A stretch of DNA of 64,000 nt from Felis catus. Its lineage: Eukaryota. Positions 40,426 through 54,335 of this stretch are shown piece after piece. The position numbers were made by a program, and so were the translations under genes. Numbering within the stretch: the stretch's first letter is position 1; each line of letters starts with the position of its first letter. The stretch covers positions 102,364,001 through 102,428,000 of the forward strand of contig NC_058373.1 of NCBI RefSeq assembly GCF_018350175.1, written 5' to 3'. Below the pieces are notes generated by a model that saw nothing but the letters and a program-made list of their open reading frames with translations, was not told the DNA's origin and did not search any database.

Positions 40426-41588
40426 TACATAGAGATTTTAAATAGAGGAGCATCAGGAATGGACATTGTTGCTTAGGTTTAGATTTCTAGTAAAAAGGCA
40501 AACATTAAGAAGGGACTTGGAAACCATTATGGCCTGGTATTAAATCTACCCAAGTGTTAATTATGATAATCAGAATGTGAAGAGTTTGGGAGGGATTGCC
40601 TCTTTTATGTGCATCAATAAGTGGGATACATACGTGGTGCCTGGGTGGCTCAGTTGGTTAAGCATCTGACTTGGGCTCAGGTCATAATCTCACGGTTCAT
40701 GAATTCGAGTCCTGCATTGGGTAAGCTCAAGCCCCACTTCAGGTGAGCCCTGCTTCTCTCTCTATACCCCTCGTGGGATCCTCTCCTCTCCTCTCTTTCT
40801 CCCTCCCTCTCTCTCTCTCTCCATTCTCACTCACTTGCACCCTGTCTCTCTCTCTCTCAAAAAAAAAAGTAGGATACACATGGAAATTGTTTTGGACCAT
40901 TGGGTTGGTGTTGTAGAAACCATCATCTGAAAGGTCAAAGGGCACTGAAAACAGTGTGAGCTTCTAAGGATAATATACAGGGAAAGGAGATCTCGGGACC
41001 TTGACTGGGTTTTGCCATGGCATTTCACTGGAGGGGGCTGTCAGTCATCACCCTGCATTTCTTTTATTCCCTTGTATAAGCATTCAAGTCACCATAAAGC
41101 CAGTGAATCTAAAGGACTTTTTTGAAGAAATTAAAATTATTTAAAAAATTATCTGTGTAACTATCAATATATCCTTTATCCACCTCTCTTCCCCCCACCC
41201 CCCGTGAAGAGAGTCTCTTGGTTTTTAGCTTTTAGCAGATTTTTGTGGTGCCACAGATCCAAGAAAAGGATAAGAACTATGATTTTCTGATGTTAATACT
41301 TATTCGGCTTTATGTCCCTCACAACCCACATCTCAGTTGTGAGATATACTCATATCTGTTGGAGGTTTACTACCTTTCTCCTTCTGTTTCTCTTTAGTTT
41401 TGTTCTTCTATTTATGATGAATGAAGTTATTTCTCATGGCCGAGTAGCCTCTGCCCAGCCTCCCATCGCCACCGTCATACTACATACATGTGTTGGGGCT
41501 CAGGGCTTCCAATGACTTTTTCTAGACCTCTTGAAGTGTGTGCCTTTAACTTGGTAAACCTGAAAGCTTTTTCACTTCTTTTTTTCTT

Positions 41589-42978
41589 TTTTTAAAATTT
41601 TTTAATTTAATTTTTAAAATTTACATCCAAGTTAGCATATAGTGTAACAATGGTTTCAGGAGTAGATTCCTTAATGTCCTTTACCCATTTAGCCCATTCC
41701 CCCCTACCACAACCCCTCCAGTAACCCTCTGTTTGTTCTCCATATTTAAGAGTCTCTTATGTTTTGTCGTTCTGCCTGTTTTTATATTATTTTTGCTTCC
41801 CTTCCCTGTGTTCATCTGTTCTGTGTCTTAAAGTCCTCGTATGAGTGAAGTCATATGATATTTGTCTTTCTCTAATTTCACTTAGCATAATACCCTCCAG
41901 TTCCACCCACGTAGTTGCAAATAGCAAGATTTCATTCTTTCTGATTGCCGATTAATAGTCCGTTGTGTGTATATATATATATATATATATCACATCTTCT
42001 TTATCCATTCATCCATCAGTGGACATTTGGGCTCTTTCCATACTTTGGCTATTGTTGATAGTGCTGCTATAAACATTGGGGTGCATGTGCCCCTTCAAAA
42101 CAGCATATTTGTATCCCTTGGATAAATACCTAGTAGTGCAATTGCTGGGTTGTAGGGTAGTTCTATTTTTAATTTTTTGAGGAATCTCCGTCCTGTTTTC
42201 CAGAGTGGCTGCACCAGTTTGCATTCCCACCAGCAGTGCAAAAGAGATCCTCTTTCTCTGCATCCTTGCCAACATCTGTTGTTGCCTGAGTTGCTAATAT
42301 TAGTCATTCTGACCGGTGTGAGGTGGTATCTCCTTGTGGTTTTGATTTGTATTTCCCTGCTGATGAGTGATGTTGAGCATTTTTTCATGTGTTGGCTGGC
42401 TATCTGGATGTCTTCTTTGGAGAAGTGTCTATTCATGTCTTTTGCCCACTTCTTCACTGGAGTATTTGTTTTTTGGGTGTTGAGTTTGATGAGTTCTTTA
42501 CAGATTTTGGATGCTGACCCTTTATCTGATATATTGTTTGCAAATATATTCTCCCATTCTATCAGTTGCCTTTTAGTTTTGCTGATTGTTTCCTTCGCTG
42601 TGCAGAAGCTTTTTATTTTGATGAGGTCCCAATAGTTCATTTTTGCTTTTGTTTCCCTTGCCTCTGGAGACGTATTAAGAAGTTGCTGTGGCCAAGATCA
42701 AAGAGGTTTTTGCCTGCTTTCTCCTCGAGGATTCTGATGGCTTTCTGTTTTACATTTAGGTCTTTTATCCATTTTGAGTTTATTTTTGTGTGTGTGTAAG
42801 AAAGTGGTCCAGGTTCATTTTTCTGTTACTGTCCAGTTTTCCCAGCAGCACTTGCTGAAGAGACTGTCTTTATTCCATTCTTTCCTGCTTTGTCAAAGAT
42901 TAATTGACCATACGTTTGTGGGTCCATTTCTGGGTTCTCTATTCTGTTCCATTGATCTGAGTGTCTGTTTTTGTGCCA
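41589..42978 (-). mobile_element. 5'-truncated carnivore/felid L1 (ORF2 C-terminus, 3' UTR, poly(A)) with TSD
   Basis: ORF 42095-42640 has L1 ORF2 C-terminal motifs ([19 protein letters not shown]...[17 protein letters not shown]); near-perfect TSD cacttc(t)6-7ctt at 41573 and 42979. Confidence 0.95.
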
Positions 42979-44254
42979 CACTTCTTTTTTCTTATTTAAG
43001 CTTCATAATAATAGTAGGGAAAGACATTTTCACACCCAGTGACCTAGTTCTGCAGTAAGGATGAGCCTAGATGCAGTCTACTGGACCCTTTCTCTTGCTT
43101 TCCTTTTCATTGCAGTGGAGGATGTAGGTTAAGGATCAAGAGTTTGGGGTGTGGAGGAAAATGAGATGGTATTTTTCCTTTGGAGGTAGGAGTGAGCTTA
43201 TTAAGGAATAAGTGGAAGGTTCTTAGATTTTATTCTGAGCAGAGGAGTAATGAAACCATGTCTATACAAACGATTGTTTGATTCAGTATGTTTGCTGGTT
43301 TGAGATGATTAAGTTTTTTACGTTTCTTTTTAAATGTTTGTCTATTTTTGAAAGAAAGAGAGAGAGAGAGACAGAGCATGAGTGGGGGAGGGGCAGAGAG
43401 AGAGGGAGAGACAGAATCTGAAGCAGGCTCCAGGCTCTGCACTGTCAGCACAGAGCTTGACATGGGGTTCAAGCCCATGAACTGCGAGATCATGACCTGA
43501 GCCGAAGTTGGACACTAAACCAACTGAGCCACCCAGGCACCCATGAAATGATTGTTTAGTCATTAGGACTTTGCTGTTGCTGTGCCATCTCAGGCCACCT
43601 TAATCTTGCTCCTCTTTCAGCTCCTTCTCAGTCCTGCGGCCTCACTGTGCTACACTGATGCCTTTTTGGGGAGCACCCTCCTCAGAACCTGTTACAGGGT
43701 CTATAGCCTAATACACTGCACTGGCTCCTGTGGCTTTGTTTTGTGGGGATCATTCCCATTGTGTACATGGAGAAATAGAATCAAGGGAAAGACTTGCCTA
43801 AAATGGTTTCACCGCCTCCTCACCTTATTTCTCTTAAAGTAGTACCATTCAAAGTGTGGCCCACTGGCCAGCTTTAGAACTAGTCTGCCATAAGAACAGA
43901 AATGGAGAGAAAGAGTTTTAGAAACTTTACTAGCAATTTGATAGAGTGATTTTATGTGTGCTGAGTTTAATAATGAGAATTTGGGCTTTTGTCTTTTTTA
44001 ATTTTAAATTTCTTGTTTTCTAGTTTTATTGTATTTTACAAAACCATCAGTTTACAATGTATTAAGGAAAAAAGCAGTTTGAGAAACATTGAATTAGACC
44101 ACCTAGACTCTAATGGGACTTTTGACAATGAAGATGTGCTTTCCACATGGAAACCATTGTCATTTCAGTTTAATGATATCTCTGTTGTGCTTTGTAGTTA
44201 CAATGTCTTTAACTTATCTGAAGTTCCCCAAACAGTACAGTGATATGGTGAAAA

Positions 44255-44460
44255 TGCTAGAGTCTTTGCTAAGTTTGGCTCTATACCACCAGTGCAATCC
44301 TGGTCAAGTGGTTTAAGTCTTCAAACCTTAGTTTCCTCATCTGTAATAACAATAGTACTCACCTCACAGAGGTGTTTTTCTGATTAAATGAAAGTATGTA
44401 TGTGATATACAGAATAGTGTCTGGATCAAACATTGTAAATGCAATAAATGTTGGATATTA
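44255..44460 (+). mobile_element. MIR remnant
   Basis: ttggctctataccaccagtg...tcaagtggtttaagtctt...ccttagtttcctcatctgtaata core. Confidence 0.65.
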
Positions 44461-44987
44461 ATGAACTGCAGTAAACACTATTATAAAATGGAGATCATGC
44501 TTATCTACCATCATGAGAAAAGTACAGATTAACGTGGTTATAATTATCCACTAAACATTTAAGCAATATCAAGTGCAAGATCTTTTAATGGATACTAGGA
44601 TATAATCCTTGTACTCTAGCAGTTTAGAATGTAGCAGAGGTATAAAATACACACATGTGAGATGTGTGTGGAGCAAAATAAAGGCTGTAAGGAAAGAGGA
44701 AAAAATGGGGGGAATCCATTTTTTTGATTCCTGTAAGGAATCAAGAGGTTTTAAAGAGGACAGTGTTTGAGATGAACCTGAAAGGATGGATTGAAGTTTT
44801 ACAACTTTGAGTCAAATATGACACAGAGAAGTTTCAAATGATCATGATATATTGAGCTAATACCAATCAGATATTAAATCAGACAGTTTGATGTCAATAT
44901 GTACAGTATGATTCCCTTCCCAATTTATAAAAATATTTATTTATTTTGAGAGAGAGAAAGAGTGCATGCATGCAAGCAGGAGAGGGG

Positions 44988-45028
<41 letters not shown>

Positions 45029-46569
45029 TTCCAAGCAGGCTCCACACTGTCAGCACAGAGCCTGACATAGGGCTTGATCCCATGAACTGTTGAGATCATG
45101 ACCTGAACAAAAATCAAGAGTCTGATGCTTAACCGACTGAACCACCCAGGTGCTCCTGCCCCCATTTTTATTAAAATTATGTATATAGATAAAGGCCTAG
45201 ATGGAGAAGTTAAGTGATTATTTCTTGGTGGTGAGATCATGGGAAATATTTATTTTCCTTATTCTTTTAATTTTTTTGTTACTCTTTGGTATTTAAGATT
45301 TCATAATATGCATTTTACCAGAGTAGCTTTATAATTGGATAAGCTACTTTTTAAAGGGCTGGCTAAAATCAAAGCTGCTAAATTAAGTATAACTTGGTAC
45401 TACCTTTAAAAAATTAAAATTTTTTTTAATGTTTATTTTTTTGAGACAGAGAGAGACAGAGCATAAGCAGGGAAGGGGCAGAGAGAGAGAGGGAGACCCA
45501 GAATCCGAAGCGGGCTCCAGGCTCCGAACTGTACAGAGCCTCTCAGGTGGAACTCAGGAGCCATGAGATCATGACCTGAGCCAAAGTTGACACTTAACTG
45601 AGCCACCCAGGCACCCCTAAAAACTCATTTTGGCAGTTTGTATTAGTAACTATAAATGTGTTGATACACTTTCACCTAGTGGTTCCATTTCATGGTATTT
45701 ATCTTTAAGAATCTACATTCATGAGAATGTCCTGTGAGTTCTTTGTAATGGTAAGAAGAGAAGGGAATACGTCGAAGAATGGAAAATTAATTCAGTAAAT
45801 TTTCCATGTCCACTAAAATAGAATTTAGCTGTTAAAATACTTATGAAGTGTATGAAATATGAAAAATACATATACACATGAAAAAAGAGGACCCAAAACT
45901 GTGGGTACTCTATGATCATAGCATTATAAAATAAATATGCATGGGACAAAAAGTCTAAAGGAAAATACACCAGATGCTGAGAGTGGCTGTGTTTGTGTGA
46001 AGGAGTTTTTCTTTATTGTCCTCATGTTTTATAATACAGTTAAAATTATTTTTACAATAAAATCGATCATCATTTTAAAGCCTGGGTATGAAAAGTTTCC
46101 TTACTGGCACTCTGATTTCAAAGTACTAAATAAATTAATAAAGTATTAAAAACCTATTCTGTATTTCTTTGCAGTTCCTTAAACTTCTACAGACCACATT
46201 TTGAGATTGTTAACCTTGAAAGTTTATGTGCAGATAGGTATTCCTGCCATGATTTGCATGGAAACGGATGATAGAAGGGACTCTCTTTTTACAAATGCGA
46301 ATTCTGAAAATCCAGTCTTCCAAGCTGGTAGCAGAATCAAAATTGGAACCCAAGTCTAATAGTAACTAGTACCGTTTGTAGCTCCAGCCATGAGTGCTGA
46401 TAAACTGGTCAAGTCTACGGACTGAACACTGGCGTTTCTACCATTCTGGCTAGCTAGCCTGAGGGTTTGATTCCTTTCGCTACAGCTCGTACTCCAGCTT
46501 TCACTCTTTCCCACCACTTGGGGGCTCGCAGATTCTTCACCCTTTTTAAGTTCCCCACTTTTCCCTTTC

Positions 46570-47545
46570 CCAGCGTCCGAAGTACCGCAGAATACCCGGC
46601 AGGGGTCGCTGCAACCCCCTGGAACCGCAGCCCCTCCCCTGACCAACCGTCGATTGGGCCGGCGCGTGACGTCACTCCGTTTTAGCCAAACAAATGGGTT
46701 TCGGGGCGAGCGTTGGGCTCCGCCGCGCCGTGCTGGGCGCTCGGTCCGCCTCAGCGGTGGGGAGTGAGCCAGGCCTCCTGCTGCCGCCGCATCGGGGTGT
46801 GCAGCCCCGGGCCAGGCCCCGACCGGGGCAGGAGCGCAGGTGGGTCCGGGCCGCGGTGGGGCTTGGTGTGAGGGTAGCGCGGTCGGGGTCCGGCGGCTGC
46901 GGCCACCGTGGCCGCTCCCCGCCCCCTCCCGCCGCCTGCCTGCGCTCCCGGGGAGCGGGGCGGGTGGGGGCGGGGGCGCCGCCCGCGGGTCCCGGGCTCG
47001 CAGCGCGTCCGGCGCGTCTGGGGCAGGGGCCCCGCGGCCCGCGCCTCCTCCCGGGCCGGCCTCAGCTAGTGCACGGGCCGGGCGCTGAGCGCCCCCGCGG
47101 GCCGCGGAAGGTCGGGCGGGCGGGCGGGCGGGTGGCAGCCGGGTCCCCGGTCCGGACTAGAGCTCAGGAGATCACAGATAGGCCGTAAGGAGGCACTGGA
47201 CCGGCTCTCTCACCTCCGGGACCCGCGGCCGGTGAGGAAGTCGGGCCCTGGGCGGGAGTCGCCTCGCCTGGTCGCGCCCGCCGGGCTCGGCCACCCTGTC
47301 CTTTCCGTCCCGGCGCAGGTGAGCTGACGCCTCCCCTTAACCTTCCTCTGGGACCGGGCAGGACTGGGGCTCAGAAGCTTCTGTCGCCTCCGGGCAGGCG
47401 CAAGTCTACTGCGGGTCGGCCCTAGTCAGCGATGAAGTCACAGTGCTCTGGGTCCTCGTGTCTGTGACGTCAGGGGTTTCCAAGAGATGGGCTATGATGT
47501 CACTGCAGACCCCGCGGGGATCTTGGCGCGCGGGAGGGCGGGGAA
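46570..47545 (+). promoter_or_regulatory. CpG island / housekeeping-type promoter, with probable non-coding exon 1 of an unidentified gene
   Basis: Abrupt switch to very GC- and CpG-rich sequence; inverted CCAAT (ATTGG 46653-46657); full CRE GTGACGTCAC 46666-46675; second CRE TGACGTCA 47465-47472; GC boxes; plus-strand donor-like sites CAG|GTGGGT (46839/46840) and CAG|GTGAGC (47318/47319); T-rich plus strand downstream. Orientation is inferred. Confidence 0.85.
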
Positions 47546-50500
47546 GACCAGGAGAGGAGAAAAAGGAAGTTCAGTCTTTTATCAACGCCTGGAATTGCAG
47601 CAGATTTGAACAGAAAGTGGTTCGATATCAGCATTTCACAATTTTAATAGTTGTCAAGTTCTTTAACTTCATTTCAAACAAGCATTGTTAGTACAGTTCG
47701 ACAAGACACATTTGATTTAGAAAAGTCTAAATCAGGAGGTTGGGGGAGGTTGAGTGTTTAATGTGAATGCCTTTTAGGAAGCTGAACTCATAGTTTGATG
47801 CTTTGTGATTGGAATTGCTGAAGAAATAGAACCAACTGGAGTGCTGATAATTCAGTTTGCCTTACTCTTTTTTTTGCTACCCAGTTTTGAAATCAAATAC
47901 GGTATCTGCTTCTTCTCAGTTTTGCTAGAGAGTGGCTAGAAAGGCGGACCTTAAATGAACTTTTTCTGTTGTAAAGGGGTGGAGGGGTAAGGTGGGAGGT
48001 TTGAATTAATCCAGTATTCTTTTTAAACAATAATTACCTGAAGATTTAATTTATTTAGGTTGTTCTTGTACTGTCATGGATAATTGAGGGCTTCCTGTGG
48101 TTTTAACTCACCAACAAGCTGTTTTCTTGCTTTCCCACTAAAACTGGGCTATGACAATAACCCAGGACTGCTTGTCTGGACAGGTAACTAAAATTTTGTC
48201 TGTATTACTTTCAAATATGAAACTACAGAATTTATATATATATATATTTTAAATATATTTTTTTAATTTAATTTTTTTTTTTTTTTTTTGAGAGAGAGAG
48301 AGAGTGTGAGCAGGGGAGGGGCAGAGAGGATCCCCAGCAGGCTCAGAGTTGTCAGCGTGGAGCCGGATGTGGGGCTTCAACTCAAACCATGGCATCATGA
48401 CCTGAGCTGAAATCAAGAGTCAGACACTTAACTGACTGAGCCACCCAGGCACCCCTAGAATTTTTTTAAAGCGCCTTTGTGAATATTGTTTTTCTTCGAA
48501 AGCTTTCAAAAGAGATCAGGCCAGAAAAGAAGCTAGTCACTTGCCATTACTGACCCTCTTCAGATATTTTAGCATATCAATATAATTTTTTCCTCTCTAT
48601 AGGATCATTTAAATAGAATCTAGTTTGAAAAATAGTTGCCTTAAGATTGAAGTATGACTACAATATAGGGTCTTCAGCTGGAAGCTTGGGTAGGAGTCCT
48701 CAGTCCTTCCTCATTGACCTTGATTTGTAATGGTAATTTTTTTGTTTTGTTGTTAATAGTTCCTCTTCTCCATTTGCCTCTAAAGGTGATTGATAGGTAT
48801 TGTCTCTCTGAATTTTGCATCAACATGTAGATGGACATTATACTGTGTACATTAACACAGTAAATGAAAGCAAACATTTACCCTCATTAATTACTGTTGC
48901 ATTTGACTGGAAGTTCACAAAAGAAGGCTTTCTTACAAATTTCTTTTTGGTCCTCACCATACCTTGGAAATCTGACAGTTATGTGTGGTACTGAAAATTG
49001 TTTGTTTGTTTGTTTTCTTTTAAGAAATTAGTAATTATATGGTGATGATGTTGATTGAAGGCTCTAAAGACAGAATTTGAGCCTTTGGATCCTCAACACT
49101 GATAGGTACCGAGTTAACATGAAACTGCTGATATTGAGGGTTTTAGTCAACCTGCTCTAAGATGAAAGGATCGTGGCAAGATAGTATGTGATGAAATTGA
49201 AGGAGGTTCAGAAGGACACTTGTACAGGTCTTTTCCAGGTACCCTTTCAAGGGCAGGCTAAGTGGCTCTGTGTAAATTAAGTGTATCGTACTTGTATATC
49301 TGGGAAGGGATGGAAGTCAAACTAAATGTGAATTGAAAGACATATAAATGATGATACAGTAATCTCTTCCTGGCAGTGCTTTTTTCCCCTCTGTTGTGTT
49401 TAGTAGTTACGATTTTTTTTTTTTCCTAATGGAACATGAGAATAGGTGGAGAATAATATCTTTAAGTGTATTCTAATGTGATTGAGGACAATGACAGGTA
49501 TAAAAAAGCCAGCTTATGTGTATAGTTGTATAACTATTTAGCAAGCCATAACTCTTCTGAAACATTTTTACAGCTTGTTTCTACCTTTGGCAGGATGTTT
49601 TTCTACCCAGGCCTTGAAGTTTTGGGTCTAGGAAGTAGCTTTTACTTCTTATAAATGGACATTTATTTTAGATTGCGTTTAAAATATTTTGTTATCTTCT
49701 TCAGTTACTGCATTTGAAGGGACTAAATCGACCACTCATTAATGATTATGGCATCTTTCTGACAGCTAAAGCAAATATGAAGAAATCAAAGTGCTGTATT
49801 TTATGAATTTTCCAAATTCTTTGGGTATGTTTATTGGATCATTTCTATTAACAGGTAGAATTTAAATTCTTGTACAAAATTTCTACTTTATTTTCTAAAC
49901 TTAAATTTATGCTCAGTTTAACTTGGAGAGTTTTGATATTCTAATAAGCCTTAGTCTTGTTTAATATTTGCTGGGGGAGAACATACTAATCATTAGAGAC
50001 ATCATTTCGTGTAATCTTCCAAAATTTGCAGCTGTTTAGAACCAGATACTTGAGGGAGGCTACTATGGTATAATGAATGCCTTCCTTGTTAGGTCATGTG
50101 TGACAAAGGCAAAATTCAGCAAGTGCATAATTTACAGTCCTTTGGAAGCAACAACAACAAAAAAAGAGATTAACTCCAAATGCATTAAGGTCATCTGGAA
50201 ATTGAATTCCTGTCAGTCTTTATCTTTGCATAATTTAACTTCTCTGTAGTTCATGTTTATGGTATGTTGAAGCTGATGAACATACTATATTATCTAGGAA
50301 AGTACTAATAATTAGAGTGTAGGTGTTTCTTAATGTTAGCTGAAAGAATTTATCAACCTTTAATTTCCAACAACATCTTCTAGTTAGCTCTCGACAGAGG
50401 AGACTCTGGATCTTCTCCTTTTAAATATTCAACTTCTGGGGCGCCTGGGTGGCTCAATTGGTTCAGCATCTGACTTCAGCTCAGGTCATGATCTCACAGT

Positions 50501-53500
50501 TTGTGAGTTCGAGCCCCGCGTTGGGCTCTGTGCTGACAGCTCAGAGCCTGGAGCCTGCTTTGGATTCTGTCTCCTTCTGTCTCTGCCCCTCCCCACTTGT
50601 GCTCTCTCTGTCTCTCAAAAATAAATAAATGAAAAAAAATTTTTAACATTCAACCGCAGAATCCTAGCACATACATTTCCTACCCTGTTTAGTTTAAATA
50701 TGAAACTAAATATTAGTATGTGTGATTAAATATTACTAAATTTATTATAAGGCATGGGTTTCATTCATCCAACAGACATTTTTTGAGTACCTCAGCTAGG
50801 GACTGTGACATGCAGATGAATTGTCCTTGCTACAAGGATCCTTGACCTTTGTTTTAATATTTCCTTGCCATGGAGGCCCATGGGTAGGTGGAGCCAGAAT
50901 TGGACCAAGAGGGCGAACCAGTTATGTTATGCCAGATTGGCCAGAGGTCTTATCTAAAAGTCAGTTTAAAGAGGTATTTAGAAACTCAGGTGAAAAGAAT
51001 GGGGAATAGATTATGATACTGGCAAAGGGTCTAGACGCCACAGATTTGGATTACTCTAAAATGAGTGGAGCTTAGCAAGTGTGCACTTTCTTTGAGTCAA
51101 GAACAAGGGCTGAAGGCCAGAACTAGCCTGTGTAGGCAGTCTAAAATTAGAGGCAGAGTGAAGAGGTAGAATCCAGATATCCCGCTCTCACAGGCATTGT
51201 GTGTACCTTTTTCCACTCTAAGGTTATTCCTTTTCTTTCTTATTTCCTTCCCCTCCCCTCCCTCCCTCCCTCCCTCCCTCCTTTCCTTCTTTCCTTCCTT
51301 CCTTTTCCTTTTCTTAAATTGACAAACTCACAGCCGTCATTTCCACTTTTGTTTTCTTTCCCTGCCATTTTATTATGGAAAATTTTAATCACAGAAAAGT
51401 CGCAAGAATTGTTTGCTGAACAACTGAATACCCAAGTACCTGCAAACCTAGATTCTGTAATTTATATTTTGCCTTATATACTTATCTATCCAACCTACCA
51501 TCCCTCTCTCTTCCTGTATTCATTCATCAATTTATCTTATATTTTGTTGTGTTTCAAAGTAACTATATTTTACTCCTAAATACTTCAGTGTGCCCATCAT
51601 GAACTATTTGTTTACTTGGTTTTTAGGTAGAACTTACATACAGTAAATTGTACACATCTTACGTATACCATACCCTTAGTTTGGGCAAATTCATACATCT
51701 TTGTAACCTATAACCCTGACAAGATAGAACATTACCGGGGCGCCTGGGTGGCTCAGTCAGTTGAGTGTCCGACTTCGGCTCAGGTAGTGATCTCACGGTT
51801 CCAGGGTTTGAGCCCGCGTTGGGCTTTGTGCTGATAGCTTGGAGCCTGGAGCTTGCTTCGGATTCTGTGTCTGCCTCTCTCTCTGTCCCTCCTCCACTCA
51901 TGTTCTGTCTCTCTCTGAAAAGTAAATAAACATTAAGAAAAAAAAATATAGAACATTGCCATCACTATAAGAAGTTCCTTCATGTACCTTCCAAGTCAAT
52001 TTAATTAACTTTTTAATCTTCTGCAGTCTTATTTCCACCAGTTTCTTCTGAAAATACCCGTTCAAAGGGCTAGCTTTGTTAGCACACTTGAGTAGCATTG
52101 TGCTAGGTGTTCAGAATGTAAAGAAGAACACAGCTCCTACTCTCTTTAAGCTTATAATTTAGTTTGGGTTATAGTCAGGTGTCCAAAAAGAGATAAATGT
52201 TATATGAATTAAGAGGAGGCAAATGGGACTGCCAGAGAAAGCTTCCTAGGCGTGAGTCTTGAATTGGACCTTTGTTTTGGGATCCAGAGAAGAGTTGTGT
52301 GTGTGTTTTGTTTTGTTTTATTTTTAATTTAAATAGACTGATTAGAAATTAGAAGTTATTGTATTAAACAACACTAGCAGAGAAGGGTGGTTTGGACCCA
52401 ATTTTGGAGTATAAACATTATTCTATATCCAGTGATAATTTTTGAAGAAGGAAGGAATATAAAAAACATTAAATTCTTCTCTTGTTTGTCATATCTGGTA
52501 CTTAATTGTGTCGATGATTTCTTCATTTTTTGAGGCCTCTCTTGGTTCTTTGCCTATCTCTGATTCTCATTTTTGCTGGCAATTCTTTCTCTTCCAGATT
52601 TAAACTACTGAGAGCTCTGTCTTGACTCTTTATTGTGCTCCTTGTTATCTGGCCCTTAGCTCTTTGGGCTTCTCACTTATAATTCTTTCCAGGTCCTTGC
52701 TACATCTGTATCCATAAGCTGTTAACTCTTGTTAGGTTTCTAATTGCTAATAGTATGCTGCTTTTTGTGTGTCCCTATTTACTTCGTACTTGTTCAAGAG
52801 TCTGTAACAGGAGCATTTGTTCTAAGTAGTTGTAGCACATGGGATTTATTAGGAAAGAAAGATGTACACTTGGGCTGAATGTATAGAGTAGATGAGCTTC
52901 TAGGAACAAACCTCAGAACGACACTGCAGAATTTGCCTGCTAAGGGGGCTACTGCCAGTGTGGACCGTGCTGTTGAATCAGAAAGCTGCTGCCACCGTAC
53001 TTACCTTTAAAAAAAGAAGAAGTAGGAGTAGGAGAAGGAGAAGTAGTAGTAGTGGTTTACCTTCCTTGGGCAGAACTACCATTAATGTTACTTTCTGCTC
53101 CCATATCTTATGCAGGTATGTCTGCTTAGCTGCTCTTAGGTCAAATGTGAGACCTTAATTTAAAGGGCATCTAGAAAATGTAGTCTTTAGTTCAGCCTCT
53201 GAAAAATAGGAAGGTAAGGATGGGTTGGAATGAGTAGTGATATTCATTTTGTGAAAAACTAAACTCCTTTTCCATAGATTCCCTCAGTGTAACAAAGTAA
53301 AGTCTTTTCAGATTTTGCTATTTCTGTGCAAAGACCATGGGTATTGTTCTAGTTTCCTGAGATGGAAACTACTGCTCTCAATTGTACCAGATTTTTATGT
53401 TCTGGGTATAACAAAAAACTGACTCAAATTTACTAGCTCATAATATTGAAAAGTTCAAAGGTGAAGCTTGATCCACTTGTACTTATGTGATCAGAACCTC

Positions 53501-53941
53501 ATCTTTCTCTTTTTTCTGTTACTTAATGAGCTCTGCTTCTGATGTGTTGGTCCCTTTGTGGTCCCAGCATGTTTGTCAGCAGCTCAAGCTCTAGGTGCTC
53601 ATGCCATCAAATCCAGAGAGGAAGGGTGAGTGTTTCAGCAGAGGCTGTAGGGCCTGACCTTTGTTCCTTCATCCAACCCTTTGGCAGTCTGAAGCCTACA
53701 GGACCCCTTTTTTGGGTTATTTATTTATTTTCATTGTAATTGTTACAAAAATGTTTATTTTTGAGAGACAGAGCAAGTGGGGGAGGGGCACAGAGACGGG
53801 GACAGAGGATCCAAAGCAGGCTCTGTGCTGACAGCAGCCAGCCTAATGTCAGGCTCGAGCTCACAAACTGTGAGATCATGACCTGAGCCAAAGTTGGACA
53901 CTCCACCAACGGAGCCACCCAGGCGCCCCTTAAATTTTTTT

Positions 53942-54335
53942 TGAAAAAAAGAGTAATAGTATTTCACTGGTGACCCTCCAGGCAGGCCGATCCCACCCCA
54001 CCTTGGGGAGAGGAGGGGGGCACCAGTTGTCTTCCACTTATTTTACATCTCTCGTGTCACTTCACCATGCCAGACTAGGGTCAAGCTCAACAGGGTCTTC
54101 TTTCCCCATTCTCTATGCTGTAGTTTCTCTGGATAGTAGGTAGGGACAGTGGGAATCTTGTTCATTCATTCACGTGGAGCACTAATTAGGTGGTGAGGCA
54201 TTTGGCTACCTTAAGAGGGTTATAGTTATTCCTGCTGTTGTACTCAGGCTTCACTGAATTTCTCCACTTTGACATTTGGAGTACTGGGCAGAAATCACAT
54301 TGCATCAACACCTGCTGAGGGCCTTTGTGATATTT
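53942..54335 (-). pseudogene. Degenerate 28S rRNA fragment (LSU rRNA pseudogene)
   Basis: gtcaagctcaacagggtcttctttcccc, ggatagtaggtagggacagtgggaatct, gaggcatttggctaccttaagag and gggcagaaatcacattgcatcaacacc are reverse complements of conserved 28S blocks; CpGs are eroded and there is a small deletion. Confidence 0.93.

Noticed and set aside
46694..47188. 164-aa Arg/Gly/Pro/Ala-rich ORF and overlapping ORFs in the CpG island
   Set aside because: Long stop-free frames are expected in very GC-rich DNA; low-complexity composition, no recognisable domain, and the frame runs through a likely splice donor.
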